Notes under the pieces: model-generated
The model's input: the letters and a program-made list of their open reading frames with translations, nothing else
Database searches by the model: none
What the model was told of the DNA's origin: nothing
In this document: positions 17,600-34,560 of the stretch, one piece after another
Layout of the letters: each line of letters opens with the position of its first letter
Position numbering within the stretch: position 1 is the stretch's first letter
DNA from: the human T2T-CHM13v2.0 reference genome, Homo sapiens
Length of the DNA: 64,000 bases
NCBI RefSeq assembly: GCF_009914755.1
Contig: NC_060930.1
Strand: one strand, 5' to 3'
Made by a program: the position numbers and the translations under genes

Positions 17600-20004
17600 T
17601 AGATTTTTTTTCATCATGATTAAGTAGTCTCTCTAAAATAACTCTCACTTCTTTTGGGCTTTTGTTTCTGAATAGTTGGAAGGCAATCTTATTTTTCTTT
17701 GTAATACATTTTAGAATGATTGTCTTAGAAATTCTTGAATTTTAAGTTTACATCCATGTGTTGTGTGAACAGTAACCATGTATACCTAAAGGGATATTAT
17801 GCTGGTGTAAAATGTGGTTACTGAGTGTTAACCAAACTGGTTTCGTTAGACTAAGAGTTCTCAGATTACCAGTATATCCCAGAACTCATTTAATTACTTG
17901 TTTATTCATAATTTCATCATGAAGAAAGCTAAGAGTTTGTTTTGTATTGCTGTTAAGTTCCTTCAGCTGCTTACACAAAATGATATTGAATGGTTTGAAT
18001 CAATGCTGAATGACAGAAAAGGAAAAACATAAGTTACTATTTGACTTTTGTCTAAGTTAGCAAGTATATTTAATGTATGTTAAGCAGTTTAATTTATGTA
18101 AATAATACCTAGTTTATTCTTTCATACTGTTCATCAGTCATTTTTAATTTAGGTATTTTTCATTATATTAATAATGAAACTTTTAACAGAGGTTTTCCAG
18201 TAAAACAGATTATAATAAACTATATAATTATTGATGATAAAATGATAAATTGATAAAATGATAAATTGTTTTGAAAACCACATAGAAAATAAAACAGTTT
18301 CTTTAAATGTAGCAGAATTATGAAAAATTAATTTTTTTCTGAACTTATTGGAAAGTCATTCATTTAATTGAAAATCATTTTCATTAATTTGGATTTTAAC
18401 TGTTTATGATACTAAGACATTTTATCTTAATTCAAGCTAATTTTAGATGGTACTACCACTGCTAACTTTAGCATTTAAAAATATACACAAAGCTATAGGC
18501 CCACTTAATTAAGAAAATTTCTCTATTTTCAGAGAGGAGAAACTTTTTAAGAAGCTAGTAACAACATTTCATTAGTTTCTATAATTCAGTTCCAACATTT
18601 TGGAATTTAAACATTTAAAAAATCTAGGATATTTTTAGAATAATCATAAGCTATTATCATCATTAAAGCTCTAGAATTAAAGAAATGAGGAAGTAGTATG
18701 GCAAAGATTAAGATATCTTAAAAGTTTTTCCTTGATTAGTTGTGTAAGACATTTTTTAGTGATATTATAGAAGTTCACAGAATCAGTTTTCCCAGCTAGC
18801 TACTGGGCTTGGATGGTGACTGGCACTAATTAATAGATGTAGCATGAAAATGGGATTATGGGCTCTATACACCCAGTTCTTTTTAAGCAAAAGAGATGAC
18901 TTTAAATGTGTTCTATTTTATATGTGAAAATGGCAGTAACCTATGTCTGTGGGGCATGTGTTATGATATTTTGCTGACAGTGGTGGGAATGAATTTAATA
19001 CAATAATTCAGCCACATCTCATGCCAAGATCCCAGGTATATCCAAGTTAGCCAGGGTTAGGGGCTGCTAGCTATATATATGAGTTAGAGAAAAACTAACT
19101 GCATTACTTGGGTTTGAACCTTTTCCCCCAATCTGATGTTATAACCAACCAGAATCTTTATAAATATAGTACTTATTCTGAATAGTAGAGCCAAAGGAGA
19201 AAAATTGTAGCTATGGCCATATAGGTATACCATGCCTACAGCCAGGCTTAGTCTTCCTGGCATAACTTCTGAAAGTAGAAACATATCACATAGGAGAGCT
19301 CAGTACCAAAGTATTTCATGTTTGAGGAGCTATTCCAGGCATGAATAATGCCTGCCAGCCTATCAACAATATAAGTGCTTTTGGAAGAGTTTGACAAAAT
19401 CTAAAAAATATTCTTAAACAAATGATAAGAAAATACAAATAGAATATATAGGATATATATGTATATTTGCATATATATGCAAATATGTACATAATATATT
19501 CATATATCAATGTAATATTTATCTATTAAATATGCAGCTAAAACATAACAGCTAGATATAAAAATTATTTAACTTGCCACAACTCTTATGCTAGAAGTAC
19601 TTCTCAGTAACAGATTTTATGGCTATTGTTGGTCAATGTGTAAAACAAATAAGGATAATACAAATTTTGGAAACCATTTTAGATAGAATATTTATTTAAA
19701 GTAAACTCTAAGTTACTTTGAAAACAGATTTCAAAAATGAACATTAAACCTGCTGCTCTCGGATAAGCTTCTGTTCCGTGGAGGTTGTACAAGATGCCCT
19801 TTTCCCCAAATGTTGGAGTTCTCTATACTGCTGAAGGATAAGAAGTACCCTAATTGCTATGTTCGCATAATTAAGTCTTCTGGAACAGTTTTTTGTATAG
19901 CCCAGTGAGGAAAGCCCACTGAATAAAGAGTTTGGAGTCACTAAAAATATTTTTGGTTTTGAAAATTGTATATATTAACCATATCCAAAATGATGTTCTG
20001 AAGT

Positions 20005-20745
20005 AAGTATACACTGGGGAATGGCTCAGTTGAGCTACTTAGCATATGCATTACCTTGTATACTTATCATTATTTGTGGTGAGAACACTTAGAATCTTCT
20101 CTGTTAGCAAGTTTCAAGAGTACAATACATTGTTATTAACTATAGTCACTATGTTGTACAAAGATTTTGTGAACTTATTCCTCCTGTCTAACTGAAATTT
20201 TGTATCCTTTGACCAATATCTCTAGAAGACTCTTAGCTTTTTCCTACCGCTGATAACAACTATTCTACTCTTTGATTCTATGTGTTCATATTTTATACTC
20301 TGCAAGTAAGATCACTGGTATTTGTCCTTTTTTGCAAGACTTATTTCACTTAACATGATGTCTTCCAGGTTTATCTATGTTGTCACAAATAACAAGATTT
20401 CTTTTTTTTAAAGGTTGAATAGTATTCCATAATGTATATATGTGCCACAACTTCTTTGTTGATTTATCTGTTGATGGACACTTAGGTTGATTCATTATCT
20501 TGGCTATTGTGAATAATGCTGCAATGAACATGGTAGTGAAGATATCTTTTTAACTTACTAATTTTATTTCCTTTGGATATATGCCCTGCTGTGAGGTTGC
20601 CGGATCACATGGTAGTTCTATTTTTAATCTTTTGAAGAAACTCTAAAATGTTTTCCATAATAAATGTATGAATTCACATTCTAAGCAATAGTGTATAAGA
20701 GTTCCCTTTTCTCCATATCCTTTTTAACATGCGTTGTCTCTTGTA
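20005..20745 (-). mobile_element. L1MA (about L1MA7/8-like) 3' fragment
   Basis: ORF 20346..20531 MFIAALFTIAK (ORF2 C-terminus) plus L1MA-type 3'UTR. Confidence 0.8.
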
Positions 20746-20789
20746 AACCCTCTGAGGCAGAAATAAAATAATTTCAAGACTAAAATTAC

Positions 20790-21165
20790 CTAGTTTTTTA
20801 CATACAATGTTTGGCATTCAATAAAAAATAACTAGACAGATGACAAAACAGGGAATTAATAAAGCAAACCATAGAAAAACAATAAAAATAGAAAGTGACT
20901 CACAGATAATTCAGATAATATTATTATCAGGCAGTTATTTAAACATAACTATGATTAATATGTTCAAAGAATTCAAAGGCAAGTCTGAAAATTAGGCAGA
21001 GAAGTGGAAGCAATTAGGAAATACCCAATGTAAATTCTAGAACTGAAAAATATGATAACAGTAATTTAACAACTCAAGGCATAAATTGCCTGCAGATTAG
21101 ACAAGACATTGTTGAAAAGAAAATATATGTCCGGGAACATAGGTCACAAAGAAATAGCCAGATTC
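20790..21165 (+). mobile_element. Old L1M 5'/ORF1-region remnant
   Basis: A-rich; aactatgattaatatgttcaaag and attctagaactgaaaaata motifs typical of the L1M ORF1 region. Confidence 0.5.
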
Positions 21166-21169
21166 AAGC

Positions 21170-22010
21170 TCTGGTTAGGATTGCCAGTATTATGTTGAAA
21201 AAGTTATGAAAGCAGGCACCCTTGTCCTGTTCCAGATCTTAGAGCAAAAGTTACTGATTTCCTTCCATTCATTGCAGTGTTAACTATGAGATTGTCATAT
21301 GTGGCCCTTATTATTTTGAAATGTCTTCTAACCCAGTTTGTTGAAGGTTTTTATAATAAAGAGATTTTGAGTTTTATTGAATCTCTTTTCAGCATCTGTT
21401 AAAATGCTTATATGGCTTTTGTTTTTGATTCAATTAATGTGATGTATCATGTTTATTGATTTGCTTATGTAGAACTATCCTCGCATCTCTGAGATAAATC
21501 CCACTTAGTCACAATGAGTGATCTTTTTAATACTTACTTAAATTAGGCTTGCTGATATTTTGTTGAGATTTTTACATCGATGTTCATTATGAATATTGGC
21601 CTGTAGTTTTCTTGTTTTTATTGTGTCCTTTTCTGGTTTTGGTATCTGGGTAGTGCTGGCCTCATAGAATGAGTTGGGAAGTATTCCTTCTTCATTTTTT
21701 AAAAGTTTAACTAGAATTGCTATTAGTTATTCTTTTAATATTTGGTAAAATTCAGCAGTAAAGGCATCAGGTCCTAGGATTTTCTTTGATGGGTGACTTT
21801 TTTATTATGGCTTCAGTTTTGGAACTTATTTTTGGTTTGCTGAGGTTTTCCATTTCTTCTGGTTTAATCTTGGTAGGTTGTATGTGTCCAGGAATTTATG
21901 TATTTCTTCTAGGTTTTCAAATTTGTTGGGGTATAGTTGTTCATAGTAGCCTGTGATGATTCTTTGTATTTCTGTGGTCTTGATTGTTATTTCTCCATTC
22001 TCCTTTCTCA
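21170..22010 (-). mobile_element. L1 ORF2 internal fragment
   Basis: ORF 21826..22107 contains TTEIQRII...ENLEEIHKFLDTYNLPRLNQ. Confidence 0.8.
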
Positions 22011-25000
22011 TTTTACTTTTATTTTTTAATTTTGGGGGTCTGTAGGCATATATATTTATGGGGTACATTAGATGTTTTAATACAGACATGCATTGTGACA
22101 TAGGCATATCATGGAAAATATGGTGTCCATTCCTTCAAGCATTTATCCTTTGAGTTACAAACAATCGAATTACACCCTTTAAGTAATTTTAAAATGTACA
22201 ATTAACTTATTGACTATAGGTACCCTATTATGCTATTAAATGGTAGGTCTTATTCATTTTTTCTATTTTTTAATACCCATTATCCATCCCCATCTCTACT
22301 CACCCAGCCTCCTGCTACCCTTCCCAGTCTCTGGTAACCGTCCTTCTACACTCTGTGTCCATGAGTTCAATTGTTTCAATTTTTAGATCCTACAAATAAG
22401 TGAGAACACGTGATGTTTATCTTTCTGTGCCTAGCTTATTTCACGTAGCATAATGATCTCCAGTTCTATCTATGTTCTTGCACATCACTGGATCTCATTC
22501 TTCTTTATGGCAGAATAGTATTCCATTGTGTGTATGTACCACATTTTCTTTATGTATTCATCTGTTGATGGGCACAGGTTGCCTCCAAATCTTGACTATT
22601 GTTAACAGTGCTGCAACAAGCATGGCAGTGCAGCTATCTCATCAATATACTGCTTTTCTTTCTTTTAGGTATATACACAGCAGTGGTGTTGCTGGATCAT
22701 ATGCTAGCTCAATGTTTAGCTTTTAAAGGAAATTCCAAAGTGTTTTCCATAGCGATTGTACTAATTTACATTCTCACCAACGGTGTACAAGTGTTCTCTT
22801 TTCTCCAGATCCTCACTGGCATTTGTAATTGCCTGTCTTTTGGATATAAGCCATTTTAACTGGTGTGTGATTATATCTCATTGTAGCTTTGACTTGCATT
22901 TTTCTGATGATCAGTGATGTTGAGCACATTTTCATATGCCTGATTGCTATTCGTAGGTCTTGATAAATGTCTATTCAAATATTTTGCCTACTTTTTGATT
23001 GGATTGTTCCATTTTTTTACAGTTGTTTGAACTCCTTATATATTCTGATTATTAATACCTTCTCAGATGCGTAGTTTGCAAATCTTTTCTCACTTTCTGT
23101 GGGTTGTATCTTCACTTTGTTGATTGTATCCTTTGCTGTGCAGAAGATTGTTGACTTGATGTGATCCCATTTGTCTATTTTTGCTTTGGTTGCCTGTGCT
23201 TGTAGGGTATTGCTCAGGAAATTTTTGCACAGACTATGTCCTGGAGAGTTTCCCCAATGTTTTCTTGTAGTAGTTTCATAGTTTGAGGTCTCAGATTTAA
23301 TTGTTTAATTCATTTTGATTTGATTTTCATATATGATGAGAGACAGGAGTCAAGTTTCATGTCTTTGCCTATGGATATCCAGTTTTCCCAGCACCATTCA
23401 TTGAAGAGATTGTCTTTTCTCCAGCGTATAATCTTGGCACCTGTGTCAAAAAATGAATTCACAGTAGGTGTGTGGACTTGTTTCTGGGTTCTCTGTTCTG
23501 TTCCTTTGGTCTATGCGTCTGTTTTTATGCCAGTACTATGCTGTTTTGGTTATTGTAGCCCTTTAGTATAATTTGAAGTCAGGTAATGTCATTCCTCCAG
23601 TTTTGTTCTTTTTGCTCAGGATAGCTTTGGCTACTCTGGGTCTTTTGTGGTTCCATATAAATTTTAGAATTGCTTTTTCTGTTTCTGTGAAGAAGTCATT
23701 TGTATTTTTATAAAAATTGCATGGAATATGTGGATTGCTTTGAGTAGTATGGACATTTTAACAATATTGATTCTTTCAGTTCATGAACATAGAATATCTT
23801 TCCAATTTTTTGTGTCTTGTTCAATTTCTCTCATTGTTTTATAGTTGTCATTATAGAGATCTTTCACTTTTATGGTTTATTCCTAGTTATTTCATTTTAT
23901 TTGTGGCTATTGTAAATGAGGGTATTTTCATTATTTCTTTTTCAGATTGTTCACAGTTTTTATATAGAAATGCTACTGATTTTCCTGTGTTGATTTTGTA
24001 TCCTGCAACTTGACTGAATTTGTTTATCAGTTTGAGTAGTTTTGTGGTGTTTTCTTTAGTTTTCTTCAAATGTAAGATCATATTATCTGCAAAGAAACAT
24101 AAGTTGCATTCTTCATTTCCAATTTGGATGCCCCTCACTTTTTTCTCTTGTCTAGTCACTCTAGCTAAGACTTTCAGTACTATGTTAAACAACAGTGGTG
24201 AAAATGGGCATTCTTGTCATGTTCCAGATCTAAGAGGAAAGGCTCTGATTTTTCCCCTATTCAGTGTAATACTAGCTGTGGGCCTGTCATATATGACTTT
24301 TACTATGTTGAGTTATATTTCTTCTATACCAACTTTTTGACGATTTCTATCATGAAGAGATGAGATGATGAACTTTATCAAATGCTTTTTCAGCATCAAC
24401 TGAAATGATCATACAAGTTTTGTTCTTCCTTCTGTTGATATAATGTATCACCTTGATTGATTTGCATATGTTGAAACATCCTTGCATCCCAGCGATAAAT
24501 CCCACTTGATCGTGATGAATGATCTAATGTATTGTTGAATTCAGTTTGGTATTATTTTGTTGAGGTTTTCCGAATCAATATTTATCAGTGATCTTGGCCT
24601 GTAATATTCTTTTTTTGATGTGTCATTTTCTGATTTGGGTATCAGGAAATACTGGCTTCATAGAATTAGTTAGGATGTATATCCTGTTCCTCTACTTTTT
24701 GGAATAGTTTGAATATGATTGGTTTTAGTTCTTTAAATGTTTGGCAGAATTCAGCAATGAAGCCATCACATCCAGGGATTTTCTTTACCAGAAGACTTTT
24801 TATCATGGCTGCAATCTTGTTATGTGTTTTTGGTCTGTTCAGGTTTTGGATTTCTTCCTGGTTCAATCTTGGTAGGTTGTATGAATCTAGGAATTTTTCC
24901 ATTTATCTAGATTTTCCAGTTTATTGGGATGTAGTTACTCATAGTAGCCACTAATGATCCTTTCAATTTCTGCAGTATCAGTTGTAATGTCTTCTTTTTT

Positions 25001-28000
25001 CATTGCTGATTTTATTTATTTGTGTGTTCTCTCTTTCTATCTTAGTCTGGCTAAAAGTTTGTTAGTTTTGTTGAACTTTCAATAAACCAACTTTTAATTT
25101 CATTGATCTTTTGAATTTTTTTTTATTTCCATTTCATTTATTTCTGCTCCATTCTTTATTTCTTTCCTTCTACTAGTTTTGGGTTTGGCCTTCTCTTGCT
25201 TTTCTAGTTCTTATGATGCACCATCAGATTGTTCATTTGAAGTTTTTCCTCTTTTTTGATATGGGCACTTATAACTATAAAATTCCCTCTTAGTACTGCT
25301 TTTGCTGTATCCCCTAAGTTTTGGTATGCTGTGTTCCCATTATCATGTGTTTCATGATTTTTTTTTATTTCCTTCTTGATTTCTTCATTTATCCACTGGT
25401 CATTGAGGAACATATTGTTCAATTTCCATGCATATATATATAGCTTCCAAACTTCCTCTTGTTATTAAATTTTAGTTTATTTCATTGTAATCAGAGAAGA
25501 TGCTTGATATTATTTCAGTTTTTTTGAATGTTTTAAGACTGATTTTGTGACCTAACATATGGTTTATCCTTGAAAATGATCCATGTGCTAAGGAAAAGAA
25601 TAGGTATTCTGCAGCTTTTGGATGAAATCTTTGGTAAATATCTATTAGATTCATTTGGTCTATAGTGCAGATTAAGTTTGATGTTTCTGTGTTGATTTTC
25701 TGTTTGGAAGATCTGTCTGGTATTGAAAGTAGGGTTTTTAAGTCTCCAGCTATTATTGTATTGGGGCCTATCTCTCTTTTTAGCTTTAATAATATTTCAT
25801 TTACATATCTGGGTGTTCAAGTGGCAGGTGCATATATATTTTAAACTGTTATATCCTTTTGCTGATTTGACCCCTTTATCATTACATAGTGACCTTCTTT
25901 GTCTTTTCTAGTTTTTGTGTAGCAATCTATTTAGTCTGCTATAAGCATAGCAACTCCTGCTCTTTTTGTTTACCATTTACATGGAATATCTTTCTCCATC
26001 CATTTATTTCCAGTCTATATTTGTCTTTATAGGTGCAGTGTGTTTCTTGCAGACAACAGATTAATGGGTCTTGTATTTTTTAAAATCATTCTGCCATGGT
26101 ATGTCTTTTGATCAGAGAGTTTAGTCCATTTACATTTAGTGTTATTATTGATAAGTACAGACTGACTCTTGCCATTTTGTTATTTGTTTTCTGGTATTCT
26201 CTTTCTTCTTTCTTTCCTTTCTTCCTGTCTTCCTCTAGTGAAGGTGATTTTCTCTGGTGATATGATTTAGTTTCTTGCTTTTTATGTTTTGTGTTTGAAG
26301 TTACCATGAGGCTTGCAAATACTACCTTATAATCCATTATTTTAACCTGATAACAACTTAACACTGTTTGCATCAAGAAACAAGCAAGAAGAAAACTAAT
26401 AAAAACTGCACCTTAACTTCATTCCTCAGCTTTTTAACTTTTTATTATATTTATATTTAATTGTACTTTGTCTTGAAAAGTTGTAGTTATTATTTTTGAT
26501 TGGCTCATAATTTAATCTTTCTATTTAGAATAACAGTAGTGTACACATCCCAGTTACAGTGTTGTAATATTCTACGTTTTTCTGTGCACTAACTACTGCC
26601 AGTGAGTTTTGTACCTTCATGTGATTATTTATTGCTCATTAATGTCCTTTGCTTTCTGATTGAAATACTCTCTTTTGCATTTCTTGTAGGACAGGTCTGG
26701 TATTGATGAAATCCCTCAGCTTTTGTTTTTCTGAGGTAGTCTTTATTTCTCCCTTATGTTTGAAGGATATTTTTGCTAGATATACTATTCTAGGGTAAAA
26801 GTTATTTTCCTTTGGCACTTTAAATATATCATGCCACTCTCTCTTGACCTTTAAGTTTTCCACTGAAAAGTCTGTTGCCAGACATATTGGAGCTCCTTGT
26901 ATGTTATTTTTTTTCTTTTCTCTTGCTGCTTTTAGGATCTTTTCTTTATCCTTGACCTTTGGGAGTTTGATTATTAAATGCCTTGAGGAAGTTTTTTTTT
27001 GGGGGAGGGGTTAAATTTGCTTGGTGTTCTATAACCTTCTTGTACTTGGATATTGCCATCTTTACTAGGTTTCAGAAGTTCTCTGTTATGATCTTGTTGA
27101 ATAAACTTTCTACCCCTATCTCTTTCTCTACCTCCTCTTTAAGATTTTATAGATCTTGTAGGTGTGCTTGTTTTTTATTTCTTGTTTCTTTTGTCTCCTC
27201 TGTGTATTTTCAAATAGCCTGTCTTCAAGCTCACTAATTCTTTCTTCCACTTGATCTAATTTTTCTTTTTAAGGTCTCTGATGCATTCTTTAGTATGCCT
27301 ATTGCAATTTTCAGATGCAGAATTTCTGTTTGATTCTTTTTGATTATTTTATCTCTTTGTTAAATTTATCTGCTAGAATTATGAATTCCTTTTCATATTT
27401 TCTTGAATTTCTTTGAGTTTGCGCAACACTGCTATTTTGAATTCTCTGTCTAAAAGTTCACATATCTCTGTTTTTCTAGAATTGGTCCCTGGTGCCTTAT
27501 TTAGTTCACTTGGTGAGGTCATGTTTTTCTGGGTGGCGTTGATGCTAGTAGATATTCTTCAGTCTCTGGGCATTGAAGAGTTACGTATTTATTGTAGTCT
27601 TCACTGTCTGGGCTTACTTGTAGCCATATTTCTTGGGAAGACTTTCCAGATATTTGAATGAACTTGGGTGTTTTGATTTAAACTGTATCTGTTTTAGAGG
27701 GCACCCCGAGCCCAATAATGCTGTGGTTCTTTCAGACTCATAGAGATACGACTTTTATAGTCTTGGATAAAAGATCCAGGATAATTTGTGGATTACCAGA
27801 CAGAGGCTCTCGTTCTTTTGTCTTACTTTATCCCAAACATACAGAGTCTTTCTCTCTGTTCTGAGACACCCACAGATGGAGTTGGAGTGACACAAGCACC
27901 CTTGTGGCCACCACCACTATGGCTGTGCTGGGTCATACCTGAAGCCAGCACAGTGCAGTGTGTCACCCAAGGCCTGCTATAACCACTCCTGGGCTATTTC

Positions 28001-29585
28001 CTATGGTTGCTTATGGCCCTGGGGCTCTACTATCAGCAGGTGGCAAAGCCAACCAGGCCTGTGTCCTTCCCTTCAGGACAGTGATGTCCCCCACGCCCCA
28101 GGTGGCTGCTGAAGTGCCTTCAGTGAATCAGGGACTAAGGTCAGAAATATTAGAAGTCTACCTGTTGTTCTATCATATTGCAGCTGAGCTGGCACTGAAA
28201 CCACAAGATGCAGTTCTTCCGATTCTTCCCTCTCCCTTCTAAAGTAAGAGGAGCCTTAACCCATAGCCATCGCTACCCCAGGCCATGAGGAATGCTGCCA
28301 GACTACTGTCAGTATTCCCTTAAGGCCCAGGGTCTCTGAAGTCAGCTTGTAGTGAATGCTGCCTGGCCTGGGACTCAGCCTTCAGGGCAGTGGGCTCCCC
28401 TCTGGCCCAGGGTAGGTCTAGAATTGCTATCCAAGAGTCAAGTCCTGGAATCAGGGACCCCAAAACCCAGCTTGGTGCTCTACCACACTATGGCCACAGT
28501 AGTACTTAAGGTCCGCAACAAAGTCCCCTTTCCTTTTCCCTCTGATTTTCTCAAGCAGAAGGCATTTTGCCCCATAGCCACAGCAGCTGGTAATGTGCTA
28601 AATCTCACCTGAAGTCAGCAAGTCTCAGAGGCTCGCCCAAGGCCCTCCATGTAGTATCTGGGTATTGTGCTGGTTATTCAGAGCCCAAGGGCTCTTCAGT
28701 AAGCAGATGATGAATGCTGGCAGAGCTGGGTCCTTTCCTTCAAGGCAGCAGGTTCCCTTCAGACCCAGGGTGTGTCTAGAAATATCGTCTTGGAGCTAGG
28801 GCCTGAAACAAGGGACCTCAAGTCTCTTACCTGTGCCCTATCCTCCTGTGGCTGAGCAGGTATCCATGATGCAAGACATAGTCCTCCCCACTCTTTCCTC
28901 TTTTCTCCTCAAGTGGAAGGAAGGGGCTTTTTTTAGAGCCACAAGCTATGCATCCTGGGGTTAGAGGAGAAGTGATGCCAATACTCTATTGGCAACCCCG
29001 GTTGGTGTCTTAGTATGTTGCGTGCCCTCACAGTCCAGTGTCTCTGGGGCTAGTTAAGTCCTAGGACTCGTCTAAGAGTTGCAGTCCTTATGGCCTGGAC
29101 TGCTTTTCAAGTTTACTTAGATACTGACAGCACTTTGGCCCTTGGTGGTGAGGTTTGTGGGCACTCAACTGTGGACCTCTGGGATTAGTGATTCCCCTCC
29201 CGCTAGGGCTGGTTTAAATGCTCCCTCTGTGGTGGACATCAGCTGAGTTTGGTCTGGCTTTCCTTTCTATTCCAACTGAACAGCGCTGAGTTCAGTGCCT
29301 CACAATCGCTTTGTTCCTCCTACCCCCGTGCCCAGAGAAGCTCTCTGCACCATGTAGACTCTGCCAGGGGTGGAAAAGGGGTAGCATCCATAAATTCAAG
29401 CCTGTTTTTTCTATCTCTTCAGTTCCTCTTTCAGCAATATGAAGTTAAAACCAGGACCATGAGTCCTCACCTGACTTTTGGTTCTTATGAAGGTGTTTTT
29501 TTCTGTGTAGATAGTTTTTAACTTGGTGTCCTTGTGGGAGGATGATTGGTGGAGTTTTCTATTCTGCCATCTTGCTCCACTTCTC
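22011..29585 (-). mobile_element. Full-length (~7.6 kb) L1MA2-like element, decayed
   Basis: L1MA1-3-type 3'UTR at 22011+, ORF2 and ORF1 remnants in order (ORFs 23887 to 26863), long 5'UTR ending in gtggagcaagatggcagaatagaa on the minus strand. No clear TSD. Confidence 0.88.
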
Positions 29586-29587
29586 CC

Positions 29588-30122
29588 ACTGTGGTTTTGA
29601 TTTGTGCTTCTCTAGTAATTAGTGACGTTGAGCAATTTTTTCATATGTTTATTGTCCATGTATATGTCTTCTTTTGAAAAGCATCTGTTAATGTTCTTTG
29701 CTCACTTTTTAATAGGGTTATTTTTTTTATTGTTCATTTGTTTAAGTTCCTTATATATTCTTGAAATTAGATCTATTTGGTTGCATGGTTTGCAAATATT
29801 TTCTCCCATTCTCTAAGTTATCTATTTACTCTGTTAATAGTTTCATTTGCTGTGCAGAAGCTCTTTAATTTGATTAGGTTTCACTTACTTTTTGCTTTTG
29901 TTGCAGCTTCTTCTGGCATCTTTGTCATGAAATTTTTGCCAGGACTTGTATTCAGAATGATATTTCCTAGGTTTTCTTCCAGAATTTTTATAGATTTAGG
30001 TTTTACATTTCAGTCTTTAAGTCATCTTGAGTTGATTTTTGTATATGGTGTAAGGAAGGGGTCTAGTTTCAATCTTCTGCATGTAGCAAGTCAGTTAGCA
30101 CCATTTATTAAAAAGGGAGTGG
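29588..30122 (-). mobile_element. L1 (old L1PA/L1PB-like) ORF2 3' fragment
   Basis: gtggttttgatttg ... gctgtgcagaagctctttaatttg ... ggtgtaaggaaggggtc antisense motifs. Confidence 0.8.
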
Positions 30123-30237
30123 CATAAAAAATTAATTTTTATAATCCATTTGTTGGAATCAGGTTTTAAACAAGGTTCACATACTATATTTGGTTAAAAT
30201 GTCTTAAGCTTATTTTAATCTATGGTATTTTATTCTT

Positions 30238-32962
<2,725 letters not shown>

Positions 32963-34354
32963 TGCCACTTTTTTAATTACAAAAAGTTTATTTTTTCAAT
33001 AGAATTGCTATAACAAAGTTCTAAATAATAAAAAAGCTGTGTATAAATTAATTAATAGTATTCTATTTTCTTTCCTTGTGATGTAGTAAAAATGGTGCAT
33101 CTCATAATGACACTTAGATCTGATGAAACAGAGTAAAAGTCAGTTAAATTTTTCTGTGTTCCAGCTTCCTCTTCTGTACAGCTAGAAGGTTAGATAAGGA
33201 ATTCTGAGGATCTTTCTTGTTCTAAAAGTCTATGAATTTACACATATGAAAAGATCCTGTAAGCTAAGCTAAGCTAGTAGAAACAGATCTAAGTAACTTC
33301 TTTGCCCTCCTTGAAGTAAACTTAGAATATCTGTACATGTCTCCCAAACAAGTCCAATTTCACAGTGTTAGAGTATAACATCTATACTAAAGATTTTGTG
33401 GGTGATGCAGAATGTAGTGTCATAGGTTATAAAGCAAACCTTCAAAAACAAAGCCACTAAAAGTTCTTGTTCCATCCCTCTCCAACTTCTTTTTTAGCTT
33501 CTGTCTGCTTTTTCTGTTGAAACTCATCATTGCAGGTTCTCCAGTTTCATTTTATCCTTCTCTGCTTCCTGGAATTCTTATCAAATATTTATATCTTTAT
33601 ATTTCCTCATGCTTTTCTTTATTGTCTTTTTATCCTCATACCCACCACACTGATCATCAAACAATCTACTTCTTTAGAAGGCAAGTGGGAAAGTGGGAGG
33701 TTTTCTTCATAATAAATAATATTTTATAGGTACATTTATACTGAATTTTTGCCCTTATGAAGCACCTATGTGCCAGAAACTAGGCAATATGCTAGGAATA
33801 AAAAAAAATTCTCTCTTTTCCTCATGAATTAGTAGCCAGATTATTTACATGAATTAGAAAGAAGTCAAGGTTATGTATGAAGTAAAAGACAGTGTGGTGT
33901 GATTTTTTTTAAAAAAAGGTAATTCATAATTTATTCCACTTTTGCAGTCATTAGATCTCCATGGAATATTTGCATATTCCCTTAGTGTTTGTGGGTGATA
34001 GAAAGCTATTGTAAAGCCAGAATTCTCCTGCCAGGATTCCATCAGGAGTTACCTGCTGGCTCGATGTCCCAGTCTGTGCTTAAAGCAGGATGAGAAAGCT
34101 TTGCCACAGGAAATGAGATAATGCATGTACAAACTCATTTATCTTCTCAGGAAAATACATTACTTTAAGTTGTATCTTTATGCTCTACACATTTTAACAG
34201 ACACACAGCAGTTACCCTTGGTTTTTCTTCTTTACTGTCACTGATTCACAATCATAATTAAAAATGCCAAACGCATCTTTATGTGAAACAAAATAATTTT
34301 TTTCTTATTTTTATAGACAAAACCGTCCAAAATGACATATTTTTCTCCAGGAAA

Positions 34355-34560
34355 GACAGCATGTTGGTGTAGGAAACAGAGTTAGTGTGCTATGGAGTTA
34401 GAAGACCTGGATTTCACCATTTAAAAGCCATGTGAACTTGAGCCAGTCCCTGAACCTGTTTATTCATCTATTAAATGAAAAATAGGAATCTCTCTAATTC
34501 ATGAAAACTTTGAGAAGATTAAATTAGACAAGATGAATGAAAAGAATTCCAAATATACAA
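34355..34560 (+). mobile_element. MIR SINE remnant
   Basis: ggagttagaagacctggatt ... gtgaacttgagccagtc ... ttcatctattaaatg core. Confidence 0.6.

Noticed and set aside
20745-22010. Possible 3' transduction by the L1MA2-like element
   Set aside because: No terminal poly(T) at ~20745 and no enclosing TSD; the L1 pieces on the two sides look like different subfamilies.
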